The notes beneath the pieces were generated by a model. That model was not told where the DNA came from. It saw only the letters and a list, made by a program, of their open reading frames with translations, and ran no database searches. Shown in pieces: positions 1 to 12,200 of a stretch of 64,000 bases of DNA. The translations under genes were made by a program, and so were the position numbers. The stretch lies in assembly GCF_009834535.1 (NCBI RefSeq), contig NC_045698.1:7194001-7258000 (forward strand). Direction: 5' to 3'. Every line of letters begins with the position of its first letter. Positions within the stretch are counted from its first letter, which is position 1. The stretch comes from Camelus ferus. Taxonomy: Eukaryota.

Positions 1-324
1 AAATCACTAGCATCTAGAGTCAATTAAATACGGTACAATTAGACCATGAAAAACATACACTTCTACCACCTTGAAACATAAAATGTTTCATAGCTTTTTA
101 AAAGCATATCCAGGATATACTGATAATTAATACGACATAAAAAGTGAAATCCTCTTATTTACCACTTTTGCATAATTTTATTACCAATCTGTGAAGAGTT
201 TTACTTTTCGCTAAAAGTATTGATACTGTAATTACATCGGCAAATTAACAGCCACTTAAAATTTTATCTTCCAGTCCTAAAAACATATTACTACCTTTAC
301 CTCCTAAAAATATTTTTCTACTTC

Positions 325-1500
325 CTTCCTTTGTTTTGAAATAGTTTCAAATTTACAGAAAAGTTGCAAGAATATAGCAAATAATTCCCATATGCCTTTA
401 CCCACATTCACAAATTTTTTTAAGTTTGTCATACTTGCTTTATCTAACTCGCTCTCCTCCTCTAAGAACATTTTTTCTAAACCATCTAAGAATAGACTGC
501 ATACAACATGCCCCTTTTACTCCTTAGTACTTCAGTGTTTTCTAAGAGCCCCAGCACAACCATATCAACCGAATCAAATTCAGGAAATTTAATACTGTAT
601 TCCAACAATAAAAATTCCAGCAGCATCCCACTTCTGTCAAATGTCCCAGTAATGTTCTTTCCATTGTCCCCAAGATCAGAATCCCACACTGCATTTAGCT
701 ATAATGTTTCCTCTGTCTCCTTCAATCTGGAACAGTTCTTCGATCCTTCTTTGTCTCTCATGACAAGAACATCCTTTAAGAACACAGGCCAGCTGCTTTA
801 CCCGGGGTCTCGCTGATGTCTTGTCACGAGGACTCAGCTTGTGTGTCTCCAGTAACCCCCAGCAGTGGGCTGGGGACTTCGCAGGGCTCCACAGTCCTGA
901 GCCCCATGGGGTTTTCTGCTTTGAGGGGGATGTACCACTTGGTTAAAGGGGATCTGGTCGCTCCACAATGTGGTTACATTTCTCCTTTATAATGAATAAG
1001 TAATTGTGGGGAGAGAGCTTGAGAAGATGTAAACAATCCTGTTGCTCAGCAAATCGTCTCCCCACTAGAAGTAGCATTCTTGGTCGCTCTGCCGGACTCG
1101 ATTTTTACAATAAGCATTGCAATGCGGCAATTCGCTACTTCCATCATTCCTTCTAGACTGGTGGTCAGCATTCAGCTTCAAGGAAGCACTTTCCCGTCTC
1201 TACCATTGGAAGTGTGAACTCCTGGAGACTTATTTCATTCAATGGATTATAATCCATGATTGTCCATCTTTCTTCTCACACTCTAATTGCCCGGTTTGGC
1301 CCCTGGGAGCCTCCACAGGCTGGCTTCTCTCTCCTGTGTATGTGCCCCATCAAACATTCTGAGCACTTCCTTAAATGTGGGCTCAACAAGTCGTTCCAGG
1401 CTTTTGAATCTTCCCTTCCTCGGCCCCAGATAAGTCATTTCTCAAACATTCCTGGTTCCTCTGAGTGAGAAATGATATTTAGAAACCAAGATCTGAGCAA
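325..1500 (-). mobile_element. Old L1 (L1MC-like) 3' region fragments
   Basis: ttttgaaatagtttcaaatttacagaaaagttgcaagaata and aaatgatatttagaaaccaagatctg resemble antisense L1MC 3' ends; boundaries approximate. Confidence 0.6.
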
Positions 1501-2379
1501 AACTTCCCCCTTTAAAAGTAACCAGTTAAATCAAGGTGAACAAACCAATAGTGCTTTCGTGAAGATTTTACTCCTCACGTGCATCTTTGAAAAGTGGTTT
1601 GGAAAAACTCCTCTACATGACCTTTGGCTGGAATGAGCCAAAATTCTGCTTCTTCATTGCAATCAATACCAAGATGACAAAGAATAAATTCCATTAAGGA
1701 TGGAATATTCCTTTCTTTTAACAGCTGGTAAAAGATTACTATTTTTAAAAAAGGTAAAGTTCTGCTCCTTGAGGGAAAAATTAAATAAGCGAAAGAATGA
1801 AACAGTATATGTTTTCCCAAAATATCACAGGTTCCTTACAGTAATTTGGCTCATAAGAAGGGTAACTGTAAACTTATTCATATTACCACTCTTTTCTCTT
1901 TTTCAGATCTTTTATTTCCAAATGACTGTCATATGCTAAGTCAAGATAAACCTACAAATGAAAGACGCTATTTCAATCATAAGAAATTAACTGACTACAC
2001 ATAAATATGCAACAAGCCTGGGTCTTGATGTCATACACAAAGAGAAGCAGTGATGTGTCATGTCTGCCTAATGAAATTCAAAATTATTCATACAATTATA
2101 TGTTTCAAAGTGACTGAACTCATCACATTCTAATTACGTCTTCAAAGCTTTTAAATAGAAGTTGAAACCAGTTCAAAGGCATAAGACAGACTAGCCATGC
2201 CCATCAGCAGCTTGGGGCCACTGGATCACCCCCTCCCCCAGACACTGGCTTCACTCAGCTCGTGGGGTAACCCCCACCCAAACCCCACTTTCCTTCTCCC
2301 CAGCTCCTCCTCTCAGAGTTCTCTGCTGGGGGCCCCTCATTTGCTGGAGGCCAGGGCTCAGGCCTTGCCAGGCTCCGCT

Positions 2380-3380
2380 CCCTCCCCAGGTGACCTCAGC
2401 CACTCCTCGACTTCAACCTGGGCACTGATGCCCAAAAACTCCACCTGCGCCCGCCCGCCCTCCCTCCTGAGCCCCAGACTCCCTCAGTCCACCACCTCCA
2501 ACCTGACACGTCCACAAGCCTCAGAATTCACATGCCAGTGGAATTCCTCATCTTCCCCCAGGCGGCTCTGCCTGCAGCTTCCCCAGCTCAGCAGCGGCAG
2601 CTCCCAACTTCCAGCAGCTCAAGCCAAACACTCTGGGGTGCCCTGGGCTCCTCTTCCTCTCCTGCTGACACTGGATCTGCGGCTCACCGTGTTGGTTCCC
2701 TCTTCATGATGCCTCCAGAATTTGATGACTTCTCACCAGCTTCTCCAGCCTGAGGCAAACCTCCCACACCGATGGCCTGTATGCCTGCAAGAGCTCCATC
2801 CCAGCTTCTACCCCCTCTCCCTCCCCGACCCTTCCACCCTACTCCACCCATCTCCTCTCAACACAGCAGCCTGGAAGCCTTCCCCGTACAGCTGGGTCCC
2901 CCACTCCTCTGCCCCAAGTGCAAGGGCTCCCACCTCACAGGGACACAGTGTCCTTCCCGCCCAGCCCTATTTCCTCTCTGATCTCAGCTCTCCTCCACTC
3001 CCCTCCTCAACCCGCTCCCACCATGCCCACCTCCTTGCTGCTCTGGAAACCCTCAGCACCTCTGCCTTTGCAGTGGCTGTTCCCCCTGCCTGGACCACTC
3101 TGCCCAACACAGCTCCCTCCCTCACCTCCACATGTCTCCTTCTCAGGGACACTGTGTCTGCCCCATCCCACTCTGGCTTTAGTTGGCCCCACAGCACTCA
3201 GCCCCTTTCACTGTATGACGTAATTTACACAGATATCTCATTTAATGTCTGCTCTCCCCACTAGCATTAAGTACCTCAGGGCAGGGGTTTTTTCTCTTTT
3301 ATTCACTAATGTATTCCAACTGATTAGAACAGCGTCTGGCACTTAGTGGGCCCTGAAAAAACACTTGTTGAATGAATGAA
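2380..3380 (+). mobile_element. L2 LINE fragment(s)
   Basis: C/T-rich degraded body ending in cttgttgaatgaatgaa, a typical L2 3' terminus. Confidence 0.6.
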
Positions 3381-6142
3381 GGAAGGATAAGTGATTTGGT
3401 TATGAGTCATGTTTCTTTATCAGCACACGACGGTAATATTTTTGTTCATTAATTCATTACAGAATTTGTAACGAAAATGAAATCAGTCATTCTCTGAAGT
3501 TATGAAACTTAGTTCCCCACTGGGAACAGTGCACTTAATGGGTACGCTTATACCGCATTAGCTCATTCACTAACAAATACTTCCTGGGCCATCACTCTGT
3601 GCTGGGCATGTCGAGCTGCAGGCCTGGCTGCAGAGACGACGGGCCTGCCCTCATTCTTGAGCTCACAGTGCAGTGTACACGGCAGACGCCACCAAAGCCA
3701 TCACACAAGGAAAAGTGCAGTCACTCATCCCCAGAGAAGGGGACGGGCTCGGGGTGTTGGGGCTTGTCTCACAGGGCAATCAGGGACAGCTTCTCAGAGG
3801 AAGAGACATCTGACCTGTGAGTGGTCAAGATTTCACTAACCAGGCCGAGAGCTGGGGGACAGAGGTCGCAGGGAAGGACACGGCCCCACGCGGTGCAGTC
3901 CAGGGGCGGAGAGGACAGAGCTGGTGCGCAGACAGCTGAGCGAAGCAGGGCCGCTCAGGGCCGTGACAATGGCTGGGAGTAACCTCCCTGCATTATAGCA
4001 GCAAGAGGTCACAGAGGGGTCCTAAACGAGGACACAACTCATCTGTCCCACATCCTGAAAAGACATTCTTGGTGCACAAGCTCGTGTTCAACGTGGACAT
4101 TTGCCATCCTCGCCCTGGACCAACCAGGTCCAAGCGGGACTCCTGATTCCTACCCCACTGGACACAGACCTGTCTGAAATGTTAGGGCAGATCTAGTTCC
4201 GAGCTACCACTGCACAGAGCTGTTAGGAGTCAGGAGTCCAGTACCAGAAGCAGAGAGAGGACTGACATCACCAGGGTCTCTACCTCTGAAGCTCCCTGAG
4301 TGCCCCTGGGCTCCCCCACGGCCTGTGTGTGCTCCAGCTGCTGTGGGAAATGGTTCCTGCCACCCCGCCGCTGCCGGAATACTGGCCAGTGCTCGGAGAA
4401 GGGCCAGGAGTCATAACAGGAGACCACAGGACTGCACCCAGACAGGCTAAAGGACTTCCCAGGACTCGTGCAACCCGCCGAGGGCAGACTCGACTCCTCA
4501 CCCCCCAAACAGCACCTTCTCTCCCCTCCCTGCCTCCACGCAGGCGAAGCTTGACGAGGGGGAAGGCAGGCTCCCCATCCATGAAATCTGGCCTCTTCCA
4601 GACCAACAGAAGCCATCTGGGCCATCCCCGCCCCGATCCATCCACCAGCCTGGAAAACTCCAAGTTGGCTGAACCCCTCTTATTCAGAGAAGGCAGGTGC
4701 TCTGTGTATTTCAGCTGCTTCCCTTCTTGCTGGAAACAGCGAAATGCTGCAAGTTCCTTATTTAGATGCCTCTGTGTGCAGAGGAATGGACAATGATCAC
4801 AAAAGCATTCATCAAAATCACAGGACACTTATTTCCCTAGAGTGAACAGTTCCAAGAACTGACTATACTTCAGACTGGTTAGAAGCACAAGGACCTGGGT
4901 CTCAGCAAAGACCACTGCTGCCCCCTGCTGGGGCAGAGCTGCTGCGGCCTCGCACAGACACCCACCCTCCAGACAGTACGGAATAAATATCAACTTTCTA
5001 TTTTTATAAAGCATGGGTTTCTAATTAAAGTTACTTGCCCTAAAATGCTAATTATTACAAAAGAATGCCCAGACTTCATAATAAGTAGTAAATAATCATC
5101 AAACTCCACAGCAATTCTATGATTCCAAATTGGTTTTTTTTAATGACCAGAGATGATGGCTTTCTATCTCTCTTAATTTCTATAACAAAAGTGTAGACAC
5201 CCAGGTTTCATCTTAATTTTAGGCTTACTGAGAATTATGAATGTACAGAATCCTGTAACATTCAAGAATATCTAACAAAAGCATTCCTAAATAGACTTTA
5301 AAAAAAAGAAAGAAAATGGCATTGCACTGAAAGTCCTAATAGTAAGAATATATTTCTCAAGTACTGAGACATCTTAGACAAGTACGAATAACAAAACATA
5401 ACAATAAAAAAGTAAATTTCTCTTTTTTTTAAAATAAAAAAACCATATCAGTTATATAGTGGCATTTCAGCAAACATCCAATTTTACCAAGATTATTATG
5501 GTTACAATTACAGACTTTGAAAAGTGAAGAGGGATTTCCTTCCATGATCTGTAAACCAGCAATTACAACGAAAGCATCCCATTCCAGTCATCTTTCCAAA
5601 GGCTGAATTTAGGACCATTTTAAGTACAACGCTGCGGCATTTTCACTTTTGAAGATACGGAATCAAAGTTCAACACAAATCAGTCAACTGAGGTCAACTG
5701 AAACTAGTCAGCGCTCGTCCACCCTGAAAATCATCTCACTGCAAAATCCGAGGAATGACCACTTCAAAGGGAACATCCCATTAACCTTCCCAAGTGATTC
5801 CGGCAGGATGCGAGCTACTGTGCGGGAAAGTCTCCAAACACCCGAGACACCAGGAGCTCATAAGGCAGTTTTTAGACTGGAATTTTTAGGGTTTAGGTAG
5901 CCAATTGAGGCTTTCATGTGAAGCAAAAGTCCTACAATGTGACTGAATCTTTTACAATTAAACTTTTAAGGCCCTGAGGTATTTTGTTAAACCAATAATC
6001 TGAAGTCCAACGTTCCCTCAGAATCTCTGGGAGGCTGTCATTGTGCACATAGGTGGCAGGCAAGAGAGTGGCGGCCTGTCAGGGCTGGAGGTGCCCTCAC
6101 AACCAAACCCAAACAAGCAGCGGACGGGAGGTGCCTACTCAC

Positions 6143-6193
6143 CATCTGCGGTACCCCAAAAATCACGACGTTTGAGTATTCAGAAAAAGTAAC
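6143..6193 (-). CDS. ATPSCKMT: ATPSCKMT exon 4
   Basis: [17 protein letters not shown]; tttag acceptor, GTGAGT donor; 51 nt. Confidence 0.93.
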
Positions 6194-9100
6194 CTAAAGG
6201 GGAGGGAGAAAACCATGCATGGATTAATTTTTGAAAGCCAAACATGAGCTTGACTTTTATTTCAAAATGAGGGGCAATTTTCCCTTTCATCAAATGGCGG
6301 GTTTTCACAAAGAGTGGCCCTTTTTAAGATTTCCCAAGGAAAAGAACACCATGTTCACACCTTCATCTGTGTGAGTTCAGTCTGTCACAGTTTTCCAGAA
6401 GTTTCCTCACAAGTTATCCCATCTCATCCTCACAGCCACTCCATGCAGGACCCGCCCCGGGGAGCATCTATAAGAAAGGCAGCGACTGATCCAGGGGCAG
6501 CGGGTAGTGAGGCCAGCCGGCCGCGGGCCATGCGCACTGTGGGTCCACACTTCCTACGCTGCTGCACACACCACCAGCTCAGCGAGAGCTCAAGGGATTT
6601 CGGAACCACCTGTTTTTTATGTTGAGCCATCCTTAAAATTCTAGTCCCCCTCCTCTCCTCTAAAATACTAAGTAAAAATTGCAATAAAATGGTCTTTAGT
6701 TGGAAAACTGGGGGGGGAAAGTGCTTTGCCAGTCAAAATTCTTATTGCCCAATAAAAGTCTTATTTACTCTAGAGAGAGATCGTTTATGTATATATGGAA
6801 TAAAAAACAATGCAAGCAAACTCAAGTGAATTTTTATAAGCTACTGATGACAATATTACAACGGGAAATTCTTATTTAAGAAAAAGCATTTTATGGAGCA
6901 TTCCTAAAGCAAAATTACAGGACATTTTTTAGAGAACAAATAAACTTGGAAACATCTCACACTTTATGAGGATGCGAAGGAACCACGACAGCCTGGTTGG
7001 TGGACGGTTTCTTTCCTCCTGCACTCATCTCTGTCTCGCTCTAGATACATACACACACACACACACATACATACACATTCACTCACACACATTCATACAC
7101 ACATACACACACTCACACGCACATTTACACGTACACACAAAAGTCTACTATTCACCAGGAATGACATTAGCAAGTTAATACCTATATGACAATGTATAAG
7201 ACTTCCAAATGAGATAAAAGTCTTATCACTGTGTAATAAATAGAAATGAGAACTTTTTTAATTGAGCAAATAAATCCTTAGAATTCACATGGCCAAAAGT
7301 TACAAACCTTAAGTTTCCAACGTAGAGTTGATTTGTAAAATCTATCCATTTAAAAGCTGTTCTCATTTCACTGTGCTGAAATATACACTTGTATTTAATT
7401 CTTTTTTCTTTTCATATGTTATTCAGTTTTCAGTCATGCTAATTATGAATTACAAAGGCTTGGGGGTTGGAGTTTTCTAGGCCCACTCTCTGCCTCACAT
7501 ACCTTCCACAGGTCCGAGATGTAAAACCTGGCGGAGCCCTGCACGCCTTCTCGCCACGCGCGGTACCTGGAGTACCAGACCAGCCACGGGTTTAATTCAT
7601 AACCAACAGCGGTGAACCCCTCCTTTGCAGCTGCTATCACCTGTGGGGAGAGGCCGTACTCAAAATCAGAAAAACACCAACTCACATGGTCAAGTGATAT
7701 GAAAACTCCCTATTTGTGGTCTATAAACAGAAAATATCTAATCAAAAGGTGTTTGTTCAAAACATCATTTAAAGGTGGAGCTCTCAAGTCACCTGGCTTT
7801 GTGGACAAGATAATGCCAGTCCATTTAAGCTCAGTTTTCTCATTTTTGTCAAAGATTTCACCTTGAGCATCAGAACAGACGATCAGGTTTGCTTTGGACA
7901 ACTGCATAATTAAGTCTGGATGGGTCAACCCTCCAGAAGCTCCAACAAAAAGCTTCGGAAAACCTGCGTTCTCTCTCCACTGGGACACACAGCCTCAGAG
8001 GAAGCGAGTGTGCCTGGGAAGACGTTTTGTGAACCAGTTGTAATTATAATAAAAAAACAACCAGTGGGTGAATAACCTGCCATTAATTACGTATTTCTCA
8101 GTATTTAAAGACCGCTCACTCCAACCTGACAACAGGTACAGGTACGATGGAACGAGTCAGAATAAAGTCAACTACCGAACTGTCATCTCACCTCCCAAGG
8201 TGACAGGGATGGTGGGCTGCTCCAGGATCTCTGCTCGCCTGTCCTGCCCCTACTCTTCAAGCGAGCACCCCTGAAGGAACTGTCCCATCTACGCAACTTC
8301 CCGATTAACTGTAGTGTCGTCCCTTTGAGAAGGGAACCATTTTCTTAGAAATCATAAAGCTACCATCCAGAGATGTAAAGCATCCACATCTGGATTTTAA
8401 AACATCCTCCTTGTTAACATACACATCTCCTGGTTTCTTAAGAGCAAAACAAGTCGCTTTTTAATCTCTTCCTGATTATCCCGGGTCACCACCAGAAGAC
8501 TGCACGGTCCACATCTGCAGCGGGCTGGTGAAAGGTGCTGTGCCCTGCTGGTCTCACACGAAATGTTTCCAGAACACAAGCCTTCACTACTGCTGTCCTC
8601 ACTTTCCGCTCATCTTCCAGGTGGAGGTCTAAGGGTGGTGCCACCTGCCCAGCGAGGAACCTGCTCTGGGACCCTGGTGGCCAGTCAGAGGCTGTGAGTC
8701 TTTGTTTATAGGCTCCCAGCTGGGGTCAAAGTGAGCTGAGGCCACCAAAAGTCTGACCTTTGGATAAGTGGGGGTTAATGCATTGGCCCTTCCCTATCTT
8801 CACTCTAGATTACCCCACAGAAATTACAATACTTTATATATACATGACATACTTATATAAATATAGGTAAATTCAGAAGCTAATATTTATGGTACAAAAC
8901 ATGTAAAACAGTCAAACTATGACTTAATATGTTGTTTCCTCTGGATATGCCACCTTTATTGGCCCAAGTTTTTTAATGAACAGTCTCATAATTACCAATT
9001 ACTATTCCTTTCTACCTGGTAGATCCACACAGCACTTTCTCCTTTAAGAAAAATTAAATCTGAGAAAAAATAAATTCCAAAGTCCTGCTGGAAGGCTCGA

Positions 9101-9253
9101 TAGTTCAGCCAAACAAACTGACTACTTTATTAAACTGTCAGATTTAGCAAGTCTTTGCACAAGCCTCATAAGAAATGTGAAGCAGAAATTTTAAGCCTTA
9201 AAACCTAAAAAACGTAAACCTTAAAACATCTCAGCATAAATGTGTATAAAATA

Positions 9254-9292
<39 letters not shown>

Positions 9293-12200
9293 TAACATGC
9301 ACATATATATTCCAACATATTCCAATAGATATTTCAATTAGGGCCTGGGGAAATTTAAAGAATTTAGAAAAAATTTAGAGCCTAGAAGTCCATTTATACC
9401 TGATGCCACCAGGCTGCCAGTAACATGGTCACCGTGGTGTGAGCATGTGAAGAAAGAAATTCCCAGCATTGCATCTTTGGAACTTTTTTGGGCTTAAGCT
9501 TAAATTGACTAAGACCTCAATATATTTTGGATGACTTTCTATTCTGGCTTCCTCTACCTTGTTGACAAGATATGACTAAAAATAGTCGTGGAACGAAAAG
9601 TCACCAAAAGAAATACAACCTGGTTTCCTCAACAGATGAATGAGGTTATGGGAGCTATTACAAACTATAAGAATGTTGCAAAACAAAACACTACACCATC
9701 TGGAATAAAATGAATAAACCATGGAAAATCTCTTCCTTTAAAAAAACAGTCTCAGCATAACTCACAATGCGCCCGTCGCCGCTGCCGACGTCCACCAGGG
9801 ACCCTCTTCTGCGCCGCAGCGCTTTCATGACGTTTTCAATCTGCTTTGAAGTCGCAGGTACAAAAGGCAAACAAACACGCCGGAGGGCTGGGGTGATAAA
9901 CGGTGTGGCCACAGCATACACGGCCACCAGCGTCCCGCCAACGATGCCAGTGAGTAAGAAGCCCCAATTTCTTTTCTTCAGGCTGTTGGCTTCAAGACTT
10001 GCAGGTAGAGCATATCCCGACTGCCTTTCTTCTTTCAATGCTTCTGGGGGTGTCCCTGGATTGATAGTAAGCAGAAAAGACATATAGCCCCAAAGCTGAA
10101 ACCCAAAGTAGTGTTTTTTCCTACAATTCTTATTGACAAATAAACTCATGCTTTTTAAAGAAGCATGGTTTAGCTCAGTACAAGCTAAATTACAAATGTA
10201 GAATCCCAAAATAAGTTCTAAATTTCATCAACTAAATTAAAGTGTTTTATAGAAAATTACCCAATACTGATGGAAGACTAAAATCTTCTCTTTCCAACGA
10301 TTTTTTTTCTCTAAGAGTCATCCTTAAAAAACCTGTTCAAATCTATTTGGTATTTTATGAAGCAGTATCCATTAACACAAATGTGAACCACGTATTTTTA
10401 TGGTTCCCAACAGAGCCCCACAAACAAATAACCATGAAAATGTCTAGTTATTACCCTATTTCAAACAGGATGAAAGTATTCTAGACCAAAATTGGTCAGG
10501 CATCGATACCTTAGTTGTATATATTCAATTTCTGAAGTAAAAGAGGAGACAAAATTCAGGTTTTACTAAAAATCTTAAATAATCACAGTAATAAGGAGAT
10601 TTTTAAAGCAAATCAACAAAGAACAAAAAAATAAAATAATCATTTCAATGCTACCTACCACACATACAGAATAAAGCGAGCAAACTCCAAACAACTGATT
10701 ACAGAGGGTATGAGGGGTACCTTAGAGACCCTCCCCTTGAGTTTTATTTATTTGGAATATATTCCTAATAGGATCTCAAGTTTTTTAGGTTGAAACTGAT
10801 TTGAAATTAATTTTGAAACTGATTAATGATGACTCTGGCTCCATGCCTCATAACCATGTCTGACCCTTCACCTCTCCAAACCTTGGCTCCTCCTCTGCAA
10901 AGTGGGGACTGTGGGGTTGTTGTGAGGATGAAACAAGGGGAAGCAGGCAGAGCACTTGGTGCCCAGCACGTGAACCCCGCAAGGAACAAGACCACCCCGC
11001 CCTGAACTAGCTCACGGTCTAGCTGAGGGGCTAAGACCAAAACCACAGCAACCTCTAGGAAAAAGGAGAGTAAGAGGAGGGAGGACAAGAGATTCTTATC
11101 ACGCGAAGACATTGGTGATCAGAGTTTCAGCATTTGTAAGCCACTCAAAAGGCCCACTGTATTAGTTTCCTTTTGCTGCCGTAAGAAATTACCCCAAACT
11201 TAGTGAGTTAAAACAATACACACTTATGAACGTACAGTTCGGGAGATCAGGTCTGAAAGTGTAGGCTGTGCTCCTTCTGGAAGCTCTAGGATGGGTTTGA
11301 TTGCCTTTTCCCACTTTGAGAGGCATTCTTTGGCCCCACATCCCTCCAACCTCTGCTTCCATCATAACACCTTCTGACACCCCTACCCAACTCTTTCCTT
11401 TACAGGAAAGGAATCCTGTCCCTGTGAGCACACTGGCCACCCAGACAAGCCAGCATAATTTCCCCATCTCAAAGTCCTTAATCACATCTGCAATGTTGCT
11501 CAGGTAACGTCCTCACAGGTTCCGAGGATCAGGGCATGGACTTATTTCTGCCTACCACACTCATGGAACATGGTAATCCTTTACAACTGTGGTGAGACAC
11601 AAATGTGAACACTGGGCACACCAGAAGCTGGCCCACGGTGGGGAGTCACTGCTCCAGGGCGGCTGACCAACCCCAGCATCTCCTGCTCAGTGCGGCTTCG
11701 TACTTCCTGATGCCCAAGGTCCTCTAAAGTGAGTTTAAAAACTAGTGTCATGGTGGAAAACCAACTTAGAAACAACAGTGAAAGTCTACTGCTGGTGCTG
11801 GTGATGGGAGTAAAACAAAAGTCGTTTAGGAAGATGATGGTGTTTGATAGAAAGCAAGAGTTTTCAGGAGGGAAGGTACAGCTCAGTGGTAGAGTGCAGT
11901 GCTTAGCATGCACGAGGTCCTCAGTTCAAACCCCAGTAACTCCATTAGAAAAACAATAATAATAATAAATAAACTAAATTACTTCTCTCTCTCCCCCAAA
12001 GAAGAAAGAGTTTTCGATACATGTTCATTTATACACCTCAGCATTGTACGGAGGAATATACAGGCTACAGTAGTAGTCATGCATCAGATCAGTTGTTTTT
12101 AAAGGTTAAGGTACATCTTTCATGCCTTGAGTAAAATCACCCCGCAGGCATTCCAACTGTACCATATAGTGGTCAGGAAGATTTCAGTCTCACAGCTCTG

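Noticed and set aside
2197..4828. ORFs of 130-182 aa (2197-2709, 2722-3264, 4280-4828, 4329-4796)
   Set aside because: Pro/Ser/Leu-rich translations of GC-rich intron or L2 relic sequence with no recognisable domain.
5430..5548. Possible alternative last exon of ATPSCKMT (tttacag|ATCATGGAAGG... on the minus strand, in U-rich DNA)
   Set aside because: Weak pyrimidine tract, no recognisable peptide and no clear poly(A) signal; unsupported without transcript data.
1..6142. Final coding exon of ATPSCKMT (expected ...ARVIACRFPFP...)
   Set aside because: Not found in the ORF track or by eye. It most likely lies left of the window, so this is not evidence of pseudogenisation.
11866..11945. tRNA gene-like sequences here and at the other SINE copies
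   Set aside because: They have A/B boxes but are followed by A-rich tails and TSDs and are mutually diverged; they are SINE heads, not tRNA genes.
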